Source of the DNA: Phoronis australis
Taxonomy: Eukaryota > Animalia > Phoronida
Length of the DNA: 64,000 nucleotides
Direction of reading: 5' to 3'
Assembly: GCA_002633005.1 (NCBI GenBank)
Contig: NMRA01000478.1
Span: forward strand, 159,014-223,013
Made by a program: the position numbers and the translations under genes. Below the pieces are notes generated by a model. That model saw nothing but the letters and a program-made list of their open reading frames with translations, was not told the DNA's origin and did no database searches. Shown here piece after piece: positions 39,550 through 50,604 of this stretch (within the stretch, counting starts at the first letter, position 1; each line of letters opens with the position of its first letter).

Positions 39550-42382
39550 CACTATAAGCACCTGACGATTCAAATTGGAAGCTCGCGTCGTATGACGTAG
39601 GCGATGCGAGCCTCATTTGCATATGTTAGTGACATCTGTTGGTTCATAAAACAGGATCATGCTCGAGTACATGCCTGGGAAGAGGCATCTTTTGGAAGGG
39701 TAAAGCATGTCCCTTCAAAGCATCCCAGTGCCAGTAATATGCAGTCTTTGAGGACCAAAGTGGTGCCATTTTATAGCTAAAGAGTTAATCATTCAAACAT
39801 AATGCTTGGATTCCAGATAACTTGAACATTTACTTTTGAAATCACGTTAAAATGCGCTAAAACAGTTGTCCCTTTCTGGTTATCTCTTCCTGGTTTTACG
39901 ACCAGGTGACGAGCAGAACTACCCGGGCTACGTGAAATTTCGGAGTCTAACGGTGCTCAACACACGGTGCTACTGGTACCATAGCTGTATTTTGAAGATA
40001 GTCTTCATGCAGCTAGCTGGATGGCTAAGCCCCGGGATAAATCAACGCCACAGGAAAGAAAAACGAAAAAGGTTGTGAGTGTGCACATGTTGATCTGTCG
40101 ACTGGACTATGTACTTGCACGGCTAATGGCCTATATCTCTTTGTGCTGTACAGACTCAGTGACGGCACTAAAAACAGCGCTTGCAGTGGGACTTTACGGA
40201 ACTAATAAATTTTTACTTTTCAAAGTAAAAAAGAAAAATACCGTGCACTATTTAAGAATATGTGGATGCCAGTAACCAATCTTTATACTTTCAAAATCTG
40301 TATCAAAATGCTGGAACATGTAGTTCAGGCCTCTTTTAAGGCACTCTTAGGTTCAGACTGAATGAATGTTTTTTTTAAACGAAAAATAGCATCCTTCACT
40401 CAACAAGCAATGGCAATTAGAACCGAAATTATGAGTATTTGATGAATTGGCGAGAGCATGGTGTTTGTATATTAATGTAATGGACTTTAGGTCCATGGCC
40501 ATATGAGTTTTGAAATAAACGTTGTTTCAATACAAATCGTAAGGGAATGCATTGTCTGCACGGCAGGTGGTCGGGGTGAGTGGAGCATAATTTCTCAATA
40601 CAAGTAAAGGACGAGGTTAATTGTTCGTGAGAAAGGAATGTGGTTGGTGAGAAATGAGATGCGATCATTGAGAAAACTAAGTGCGAATGGTGAGAATAGT
40701 ACTTCAGCTCGTCATAGAAGTTCCTTACAAATGGACGCACTCTCTGAATGAGGATACGCACTAATTTTCCAGTTGCACCTACCCACCGTGAAACTTACTG
40801 CAGTCTACCTGTCACCAATAAGTCCGTCAATGAGCTGCTCTCGTTGAAAACAGTCGAAACTAAGTGACTGGCATGTCGCGGTTTATCAGTTATTTTAATT
40901 TGTAAGGATTAAGCTCCCAGTTCTACGCGACAACCTTATCGATAAATCACAATAGACACGACAGACATTTACGCTAAGAGAAAATAAGCCAAATGATTAA
41001 GTGAGATACCAAAGGTTGAAAACTGTCACGGAAATGCTAGATAACAATATTTTTATCAAAACTAACGTAATCGACCAGTTCGCAGAGCCCAGGTGAGTCA
41101 CTGTTCATCAATGTTTGTATATGAAACAGGTAGGCCTTCCCAACAAGTCACCGCTCAAGAATAGTGACTGGTGTGAGACCTCAACAGACAGACAGCAACA
41201 GGTATTTAAAGAAAACCTTATCAAACGGCTCTTAAACCGCCTTCTATCACAAAAATCAACTTCTGAAACCAAATTCAAAATTTGTTCCCCAGTAATTGTG
41301 TTCCTGGTAATTGAAATTGGAGGTGCAGGGAATTCCATATGGCTGTGAAAATCTAGAAGTTCGTTATTGCTTGAGTTTAGGCTCTACATGTTGGCTCGTC
41401 ACAGCTTGTCCTTTTATTCATCTAGCATGGCCTCAAGGAATAGCAAACCGTCAGTTCTTTGCACACTCAGAAAAGCTTCTCACCTGAGTGAGGAACGAAT
41501 TCAGACTAGTTATAAATCGGTAAGAGCTGTAAATCAAACGACTGCTTCTTGGACAGAATGTGGGTTTGTGAGCCAAGGAAAGAGAATAATCGAATATAAC
41601 TTGTAATTCCGGTGACTGCTGCATTCAAACGACAGCGAGTTACCATGGTTTCTTCATTGCGTGAACTTCGCTCATTCAACGCGGATTCTTAAATATTCTA
41701 CCCGCCACCCAACTCACCAATTAATAATGCACAGCCTATTTTAAATTGTTTTGTCCGAATTTTCCAAAACATTTGCCCGAACTTACGTGATTGGTACCCT
41801 GACGTGCGCCTGGTGACTTTAAATAATAATAGTATAAATCACTGATGTAATGACTGCAATCTGCTGTGTCCGGAAGTCACCATTTGAATGATATAATCAA
41901 TTATACAGTGGCGTTCAGGTATCTGGGGCCCGGTCTCCAATCTCCGTACTCAGACTCGAATCATACTCAAACTCACACTTCATACTCAACTCGAGTACAG
42001 ACTTATTCAATGTCATACTCAAAATAATCTGTACTCGAGATTTCGAGCACATACTCAATTTTCGAGTATACTCGAACTGAAGTGTATCTCATCTATATTT
42101 CGAGTACGATTTTGAGTAAAATTCTGAGTATATGCTCCATATTTCAAGTTTGGTCTGGCAGTGTGCTTGAAATCGTACTCGAAAGTGAATACGAGCGGGT
42201 GAAAAAATATCGAAAGGCCATCGAGAGATATAGCAAATCTAAAAAAATAAGTCCTCTTACCACATTTCAGCGCTTTAATTTCAGTTCAGAGATAATAGTT
42301 TTCATTTTAAATCTTTTTATTCTTCACCTTATGAACCCTCCGTCTGAGCACAGATTATAGCTCAAGAAATTGTCCGCTAAGA

Positions 42383-42560
42383 ATGGGGAAACGGTGTTGA
42401 TATGGCGTGTGTAGCGCCGACAGTCGTTATGCTGTTCCAGAATAATATCCCGTCATTTTTGGCATGTCCTAAGCCGAAAAATGATGTTGAAAAGCGTAAA
42501 CTATGGATCAAACTGTACGGCCACACGAGCAGCTGAACTTAGCGATGTTGCTTGATAACT
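42383..42560 (+). pseudogene. Decayed THAP domain
   Basis: MGKRC*YGVCSADSRY... then PKPKNDVEKRKLWIKL..EQLN after a frameshift, resembling MVKRCAWGTC.SDSRY-type transposon THAPs. Confidence 0.6.
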
Positions 42561-44431
42561 CGATGGCTATAATAAACACAAATATATTAGTTCCAAGATA
42601 CGCACTTTTCAGCTTGGTGGCTGTGGTGCAGGGCTATCTCAGATTTTGACTCCCGAGTTTCCTACGTCTGGCCGCCTTTGTCTCGGCACCTGCTGGATCT
42701 CAGCACTCTAGCGGTAGTCCCCGGAAATTGTTGTTTTCAAGGACATTTTTATTTTATGTTTTTTTATTTATTTCAACCTAATGGACATTATTTTGTTTCG
42801 TATCAGAGGTACATTTTTGTTATTCATAAACCGTAGGCTGGCGTTCAACTGAAAATTCAGAGATTCGATCGGCACAGGGAAGGACACTGGATTACTGCCG
42901 GAACTCAAAGCATTGGTCGAGCTGTTGTCACTAAAAATAAACTGTTGAATTACTTTTTGACGTGTACCTCTAGTATACACTATGTCTGTAGAGTTAGACA
43001 GAGCTCATTTTGAAGTTGTTCAAACATGATATTTAGATTTATGAAGCTTTAAAAAATTGAGTTATTTTTGTAAATACCCTATTTTTGCAACTACCACACC
43101 AGACTTGTAATCTTTTGTAACCATACCACGACTTAGTGATCATGCTACCTTCAAAATTAAATGAAAGCTAACTTTATGGAATGAAACTACAAAAATGCCA
43201 AGTTCATAAGAAAGTAGGCCTAATTGAAATGTCTTAATGGTGCAAACGGACAATTCCATAGGCGGATTTGGGGGGGGNNNNNGGGGGCAAGCAAATGAAA
43301 CAAAAAGAGCGTGAAGCGTGAGGAAATATTGAGTTCAATAACTCAATAACTAGGACCGGTAGCGGAAGAGGGGGGCTCAGACTCTAGATCGCGGCGGAAT
43401 CGTATTCCTGTTTTTTTTTTAGTCCACCGATAGATTTTCTGAACAGAAGGTCCAACGGTCTACATCCCTGGCCCCTGCAACTTTCGGGCCACCTGTGCAC
43501 ATACAATCGCACTTTGCCCAATTCCACGAGGCAACACATATTGGGCCCCTCCCGGTGGTATCCTAGATTCGTCACCGTCTGAATTCCAGACATTAATTTG
43601 ACTTAGACTCAGCCCTAGACTTACCGGAGCTAACTGTTTGCCAAGGACGAGATGAGTGTGTACCTGAGCTATATGAACCTGAATTTTTTTATCAAAATAT
43701 TTCGTTAGAAGATTAGAAAAGCGTAAACAGTGCCATCGAGTCTACCTAATCAAAGACTATAGGGCAAGTGCCGTCTGTAATCTATGACCTACTTTACTCC
43801 AGGAGTCCCACCAGTTGTGACCTATTTTTCATTTGGCGAAATTTAGCAGACGACAGAATAAAAATATCGGTGAATCTTCACTGATTTCATTCGAAAGATC
43901 ATGAAATCTATGGAATAGTACAGATAATTCGACTTTAAGGTACATACCCAGATTTACATGAACATATCGTATCAGTGGCCTTGTCATTTTTCAGGTGAAG
44001 GTGGCCCCGAGGCCGAGGGGTTCTTCGGATTTTCGCTGGCTCCTCGAGCACTTACTTTTTCATCGTCACCTTTACAGATTCCCATATCATGAACGTGCGA
44101 TTCTCTGTTGAAAAGCATCGCCTCTTGTCTCTGTCGAAGCGTTTTTAAATAGTGCAAAAACACTCATCGATTCCACCAGGAATGTCGTTTAGCGACAGTG
44201 TATTTGCCTCTGACATCTCGTTCGATTGTCGGGTATATCATGTGACTTTTCGCGTAGGGGCAGAGCTTGCGATAGGTCAATTTCGGGAGATGAGGAACTC
44301 AATAAGTTAAAGGCGAAGGCAACCCTTTTTCCATGTCATTTTGAGCTAAAATAAGGTTGGTTGGTTATCCTAGACATATTTTCCACTTAATTACTGCTTT
44401 TCGTAACTTCATAAATTACTCGTCCGCTACT

Positions 44432-44444
44432 CCGGAAGTGACGT
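44432..44444 (+). promoter_or_regulatory. Overlapping ETS-CRE motif in the left TIR (mirror copy 45872-45884 on -)
   Basis: CCGGAAGTGACGT occurs in both TIRs, ~200 bp upstream of the KolX ATG and ~130 bp upstream of the THAP ATG. Function is inferred. Confidence 0.5.
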
Positions 44445-44645
44445 TTTAGGAGGCAAGCATTTCCCGCCACTTGGTTTTGCGTTGACTTTACCGTGCGAAT
44501 CTGTTCTATTCTACTTTTGTTTTGTGCTGTTTTTCAACAATTGTCGCCACCACTTTCCATCGGCGAGTATTCTGCGGCAAGATAGGTTAGTAGAGAACTC
44601 AACTACGTTGGATTTAGGGATTGTTTAGTGTGTTGTAAGCTGAAA

Positions 44646-45041
44646 ATGGCTGGAGTCGGTGACCCGTATCACAGTGACAGTAGTGTGAGTGACGGAGACC
44701 TTGTTCACAGCAGTGGTGACGAGGAATTTTTTCACGGACATTCAGTGGGTGGGTACATGTTTGAGCCCGAGTATAACGAGGCAGAGTACGCACAGGCACA
44801 GGCAGCTGTTGAGAGAAACGAGGCGGCTACTGAGGACAGACATGGTGACACATCTTGGTGCAAATGCACTGTGTGCGTTGTTATGCCTACCTCAATGGAA
44901 TGCTTGTGCTGTTCAGAGTTCGATGAGGCCAAGCCACTACTGGACATGGTTAAGTGGACCTCCGGCATACCACGGACAGAGGAACAACTGTCCCACTTGC
45001 CAGAGTGTCCCGCGACACACTCCCACTGGATGGTGACCTGA
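44646..45041 (+). CDS. KolX-like protein N-terminus (P2X7 C-terminal ballast/nanor-like Cys domain), truncated
   Basis: Acidic N-terminus, GYMFEPEY, then DRHGDTSWCKCTVCVVMPTSMECLCCSE (W-C-x-C-xx-C..MP...ECLCC.E). After ~44945 it reads antisense transposase sequence. Confidence 0.8.
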   Translation: MAGVGDPYHSDSSVSDGDLVHSSGDEEFFHGHSVGGYMFEPEYNEAEYAQAQAAVERNEAATEDRHGDTSWCKCTVCVVMPTSMECLCCSEFDEAKPLLDMVKWTSGIPRTEEQLSHLPECPATHSHWMVT

Positions 45042-45739
45042 GCACCCAAACTGCTTACATCGTGTCGTGTGACTCCCTCGCCACACACCTGGCACCTTCT
45101 AAATAGCTCCAACACTTTAGACAAGTCCACAATAAACTTATCAAAGTTTGGCTCACCGATCTGTTCACTGGACGACGAACTGTCCTCTTCACTGGGTGCC
45201 GAACTGAGCCTGTAATCACTCTCACTACTCAATATCGCTGCAGGGCTGCTTAGAGGCTCTGGGCTAGAGAAAACAGCACATGGCGAATCACTACTGGTTC
45301 CAGGAATTGCACGATCTGGGGTACGTTCGGAGGCACGGGTGACAGTAGATGAAGTGCCTCCACTGGCTCCAGCCACTGTACTGGCCACAGCTCGCGAGGC
45401 TTCTCGCTTCAAAAACGCATTTCTCGGGGGTGGCGACGGGGCACTGCCGGGAATCAACACAAACGGAATGGCATCCTTCTTCAGACGTTGTTTCGCAGGG
45501 ACCTTCATCATTTCAGCGTACAAATCCCTTTCGTAATAGGACGGCAGAAAGTGCTTGCCACACACACGGTAATTCTCCACTGCGTTGTACGTTGCGTGGA
45601 CGGGTAACGCTGTGTTCTTCACACGAACGAGCCAAATACGGCGAAGTGTGTCATCCATCGGAAAGCGATGCAAAGGTACTCCCAAAGCGCGCGTGAGCCG
45701 ATAATTAGTACATCCTGGTACGCAGCAACAGCGTGGCAT
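44732..45739 (-). CDS. THAP-domain Kolobok transposase N-terminus lacking the DDE core (335-aa open frame)
   Basis: Complete THAP: CCVPGC..LHRFP..W..RVCGKHF..LKKDAIP. Ser-rich linker, then KFIVDLSKVLELFRRCQVC..WECVAGHSGKWDS (C2CH). The last ~70 codons are antisense KolX. Confidence 0.85.
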   Translation of the reverse strand: MPRCCCVPGCTNYRLTRALGVPLHRFPMDDTLRRIWLVRVKNTALPVHATYNAVENYRVCGKHFLPSYYERDLYAEMMKVPAKQRLKKDAIPFVLIPGSAPSPPPRNAFLKREASRAVASTVAGASGGTSSTVTRASERTPDRAIPGTSSDSPCAVFSSPEPLSSPAAILSSESDYRLSSAPSEEDSSSSSEQIGEPNFDKFIVDLSKVLELFRRCQVCGEGVTRHDVSSLGAQVTIQWECVAGHSGKWDSCSSVRGMPEVHLTMSSSGLASSNSEQHKHSIEVGITTHTVHLHQDVSPCLSSVAASFLSTAACACAYSASLYSGSNMYPPTECP

Positions 45740-48508
45740 GTTGACTGACTAGTAAATGAAAGCAAACGACGACGGAACTTAACACAACCGAGGTAGAACA
45801 ATGACTGACTCGACAGCTCTCACATTCAGACTATATGAAAAGAAATTGGCGCGAAATGCTTGCCTCCTAAAACGTCACTTCCGGAGTAGCGGACGAGTAA
45901 TTAATAAAATTACGAAAAGCTGTAATTAAGTGGAAAATATGTCTAGGATAACCAACAAACCTTATTTTAGCTCAAAATGACATGGAAAAAGGTTGCCTTC
46001 GCCTTTAAGCTTCAAAATTGTTAAATGTATCAAAGAAATGGTAAGAATATTGTATTGAAACTGAAAAATGAATAACAGTTACAGAACACTCATTATTCCA
46101 CGTTCTCTTGTAGTTGCAGCGACAGCAGACGATAATGTAGTTGCTGGGGGTGGTCTATGCCAATAGGGAGCGATGAATCAGCGCGACTTAGCGTGGTTTT
46201 GCATTTCACATCATAAAGATTTCCATAGCAACTCGAGTATGAGTGTCAGATTTGAGTACGCTTGGAGTCTACCCCGGCGAAATGCGACATTAGATACGCT
46301 TTTTTGAGCACGACTCCAGTGAGCACGATTTTCAGTATCAAATCTCGAGTATGAGTATGAGTCTGAGTACGGAGATTATTGGAAACCGGGCCTGGGTCAC
46401 GCCACTGGTCGTCAAAGCTACATGTATGTATGTTGCTCGTTCGTGTTATCAGTGACTGGGAGCAATAACACCGTGCCAGCTAAAAGATCGAAACAGGGGA
46501 GTGTCGGCGGAACACGGAACTGTTTCATAGAATTGCCTAGAATTAGAATTAGAATTTAGCCAGTGTTGTCAAGACAAGGTAGGTAAGTGTACGGTGTACA
46601 GCCGTGGGTGACACCATGCAGGCGTGCGTTCTGTTGGCACAAGTATTAGTAGTAAAGGCAGTAGTAGCTGTAGCTCTAAAGGTTTGCTTCACGTCGGTGA
46701 GGTTTACAAACACTGGCAGATAAAACATTTATTAGTACACGTGCTAGTCTGTGACAGAACCGATTAACAGACATACAGCCGTTTCTGGAGAATTATATGC
46801 AGATAGACGTACACGAGAAAAACAAATGGGTAACTGGTTCTTGGCATGGAACGCTACAATCCTACAAGAGTCATCTAGAAGGTGTTTTAATATTAGAATA
46901 TGACTTACAAAGTCGTTCAGATTTTTGTGTCTCGTATATCACTTGGGAGTGAATGCCACAGCCTAAATCCTTTGGGTAACTCATGCATTATAGGCCATTT
47001 GTTTTGGTATTATAGTCTAGGACGCAGAGTGTATTTGTATGGAGTAATCCATACACGTTATGCTTCATAGCAAAAATATTTACTATAGCGCATGGACCAA
47101 GCTTTTTGTGTTTACAAATTCAGTGCTCAGCACTTTATTACATAAACTATTATGTTTTTTACATTTTGCCATAAATAACAAGATGTTTACAAGATAAAAT
47201 ATTCATTGAAGACATAGAGTAGGGCAAATAATTAGGTATATTCTACTTTCTTTGGAACCAGTGTAATGAGCTGTCAACTGTACATTTCAAAGCTACATAG
47301 ATGTTTGTCCTTTTTATCTATTAGGAAACTTACATTGCGTCTGCAAATTTAGGATAGATAGTTGGAGCAATTAGTTCATCACATTTTTGTAAATGTCTCT
47401 GCAACCTGAATTTTAGCTAAGGAATATAGATGTATCAAACGGCACTAAAGGTCTAATAAATATATGTATATGTGTCGATGAATGCCAAGCTAAATTATTC
47501 ACAACAACTGTGCAGGATGCATATTCTAAAACGTGTCTTTTTAGGGTAGCAATCTTTTGAACCACTGAAATTTTCCCCTGCTGGTTTAATTAGTCAATAA
47601 CATCACTGGTCCGTTTCCATTTTACGTTACCATTACGCCATGTTATTTTTCTCATTTTGGTAACACTCTTGGTTTTAAGATTTAAAAACATTTTTAAATC
47701 TCTTGGGTGTGCGAAATGATAATTATTTATGAATTAAATCATTCATCTTTCACTTCTGGTGTAATCATACACCATCAAGAACTATTGCATGAATTCTAGC
47801 AGCGGACTCTGATGTAACTGACGGTTGAAATACGGCGGAGTTGCGAAAAGTTTTAGTTAACAGTAAATTCCATAGCAAAAACTAACAACGGAAAAACTAA
47901 TGCAATCAAATATTCCACGCATGCGCAGCGCAACTTCAACATAGCGAGATCAAAGTTGGCATTGCAGGACTGTAGTTTTATGGTGCTACCAGGAAGAGAT
48001 AACCAGGAAAGGACAACTGTTTTAGCGCATTTTAACGTGTTTTCAAAGGGGATTTCAAAAGTAAATGTTAAATTTGTCTGGAATCCAAGCATTGTGTTTG
48101 AAAGCTGAACTCTTTAGCTATAAAATGACACCACTTTGGTCAACAAAGACTGCAGACTGCATATTACTGGCACTGGGGATGCTTTGAACGTGACATGCTT
48201 ACCCTTCCAAAAGATGCCTCTTCCCAGGCATGTACTCGGGCATGATCGTCTTTTTTGAACCAACAGATGTCACTAATATATGCAAATGAGGCTCGCATCT
48301 CCTACGACGCGAGCTTCTCAGGTGCCTATAGTGAATCACTTGAAACGCAGATCTACCTGATTGAGTAGATCTAAGAAAATTAGAACATTGAATGGTTTCA
48401 CATGATAATACATTCAATTGTATTTGGATACGCTTGCATGTGTGTATGCGTGTACTTCCTCATTTTGCTTAAATCCAGATTTAGAAGCAGGTGTTATTTT
48501 GTCAAGAA

Positions 48509-50604
48509 GAGAGGTTGTTTGAGGTTGTTTATTGCACTTTGAGCTAAGCTCATTTGTACATATTACATTGCAACATTTGGTATAGGTGGCAATTTCCTGT
48601 CCGGGTATTCAGTTCATATATACATATTTACACGTTACAATGTTAGAGTTTCCTGTCTCATACCATAAGCCTTTAATACAAATAAGGATAGTCTTTTCAA
48701 AAGATTTCCAGAGTTTGTTTTGAATAAGTATTTGTCGTTTTCGATGTCTGTATGCTGTCGGGATATTTCTGGTAAAAAATTCTTTCTAATGTCGTTAAGT
48801 ACAGGGCAGTTAAGTAATAAGTGTATTTCGTCTTCAATTTCTGAACGGTTGCAAATTTCGCAAAGTCTATCTTCCTTTGGAATGTCATGATGCCTACCAG
48901 TTTCTATTTTCAGTTGGTGTCCAGAGCACCTGAATTTGGCTAAAATTCTACGTAGAGTTGGTGGTAGACTGTAAAGATATTCTTCACAAGATAAATCTGT
49001 TTTGATAATAGAGTAAAATGAGCACTTGCTAGAGCTCTGCACTGATGTCCTCCATTCTTGGGCAGCACAATCCAACAATCTTTGCTTAAATTCTGATATA
49101 AATAAATCAATGTTACCCGGTTCACTTATCCATACCTCCCCAAACCCGTATCTGAATAAAATATCTTTAAAGTCCTCGTCTCACGCGTTGTTAACCCTTA
49201 TTACATGGTTAGAAGATGTTATAAGGATCCAAGAAGTACCTACCCCATAACTAATACACGATCCGTACTCGAAAACAGTTTAAATGAACGCGCCACTCAC
49301 GATTCGCACCCGAAGAAACACCGCCATTTTGAACTTGCCGCGAACCCGGAAGTACAATTCATTCAGGAACCCAGGCCGAGAAAACGCCGTCAGTGCGACT
49401 GGAGCAGTGCCTGTACTGTTAACAGCCAGCAAACGGGGATAAAAAAATCGACAGCGCGCCTTAATTTTGATAAAAACAAACTACGGACAATTTTATGGAA
49501 TTTGCTGAAGAAATGTGGCGAATAAATTTTGACAGAAATTATTTTGCCAGACTCGGGACCGCAGCCTACCGGACCCGGTGCGGATCGAGACCAGACACTG
49601 GCGAACGGTAAATGCATGCGGTTGCAAGCTGTTTTGTCGAAGTAAAATGGTCAAATGATAAATGCTGCATATATTCAAAGGTAGTTTCAGACACTTGCAT
49701 GAAATTACGGGCTGGTTAGTCCTGTGTCACACTGCTGGCCACAAACACAAAAAACACGAAAATTGAACAAAGTTTCTTTTTTGTAGCAACGTTTGTCAAA
49801 ATGTATCAACGTTATGAATCTTCACAAATTACAAAGTAGCCGATTGAACATGCCTTTCAGTTCAGCAAAAGTCGACATTGTAGGTGCCGCCAGAAATGAG
49901 ACGATCGAAGTCCAACGGGAATTGTGAGCACATTTATCACTTAATGAGTAACTGCGAGGCTGAATTTTGGTGAACACTGCTAAATCGTGCAGAATAGTAA
50001 GTAAAGATATGTGTAACTAAATTTTACCGTAATTTGTTGGCGAAAACAATTTACACAAAGTTTTAAACTCGTAACTCCATCCCGCTGTCCTCCAATATGG
50101 CCGACGCGATCCAAACAAAGTGACCCAAATTTCGCCACAAAACTTGCAATAACTTTACAGTGCTTGCCCCGATTTTGATACTTTTTCGATTTTTACTGAG
50201 TAGAATGTACTACCTTTCCGATGATAGCAAAGTACTTTTTCAAAACGAGGAAAAAAATAAAACCGAAAAAAANTATAACAATATAGGAACTACCATACTA
50301 TCAAACAATTTAAAACATACATGCGGGGATCTACAATTCACTTTGGTTAAACATGCTTTTAACATGTTCATTGCTTTTCTAGCTTGTAAAGCTGATATTC
50401 TACAATTTTCATTCCATTTTAATCTGCAAGAAAATGTCACACCAAGATACTTGTAATAAGATTTCGATCCCTATCTTATTGTAGAACCACCGTTCTTGTG
50501 CCGACAGAGTCCCACCTCGCTTGAAGACAACAATATTTGTCTTATCAAGATTAACACAAATACTCCAATCCACACAGTAGTTGTGCAATACATTTAATTT
50601 CCTC
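48509..50604 (-). mobile_element. 5'-truncated RTE-X-like LINE with 9-bp TSD
   Basis: QRKLNVLHNYCVDWSICVNLDKTNIVVFKRGG..YKYLGVTFS..FKLFDSMVVPILLYG; C-terminal HQLKIETGRH..RLCEIC..EDEIHLLLNCP (ORF 48635-49078). 3' AATAAA plus (aaacaacctc)2 tail. TSD TGTCAAGAA at 48500-48508 and 50605-50613. Confidence 0.88.
49250..50273. mobile_element. ~1-kb TIR-less insertion at TA inside the RTE-X
   Basis: Removing it plus one TA restores CCT ATA TTG TTA TAT GGG (PILLYG). Termini ACTAATACACGATCCGTACTCG and AAAATAAAACCGAAAAAAAN. Confidence 0.75.

Larger units (their letters stand above)
31755..39900 (-). mobile_element. Unclassified composite element, copy A (interrupted by 34444-38309 and 38595-39549)
   Basis: Blocks 31755-33180, 33570-34443, 38310-38420 and 38440-39900 are reverse-complement collinear with 53357-52270, 51675-50795, 50790-50640 and 48485-47985. 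Confidence 0.8.
44311..46004 (-). mobile_element. Internally deleted Kolobok transposon (family A)
   Basis: TTAA at 44307-44310 and 46005-46008; AG..CT termini; ~158-bp TIRs (44311-44469, 45847-46004) differing at only a handful of positions. Convergent THAP-transposase and KolX ORFs. Confidence 0.93.
41927..46392 (+). mobile_element. Harbinger/ISL2EU-type element with THAP remnant, hosting the mini-Kolobok
   Basis: TIR GGCCCGGT(C/T)TCCAAT..CTCCGTACTCAGACTC. 3-bp TSD TGG at 41924-41926 and 46393-46395. ACTCGA/TACTC subrepeats near both ends. Confidence 0.8.

Noticed and set aside
31501-40338. TTAA|AGGTGCCTG and CAGGCCTCTT|TTAA as Kolobok ends of composite copy A
   Set aside because: The TIR match is weak and is not reproduced in copy B.
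40540-41480. Possible Penelope N-terminus (HHSHL..FLND) and endonuclease-like fragments on the minus strand
   Set aside because: Only short, ambiguous motif similarity, with no RT motifs.
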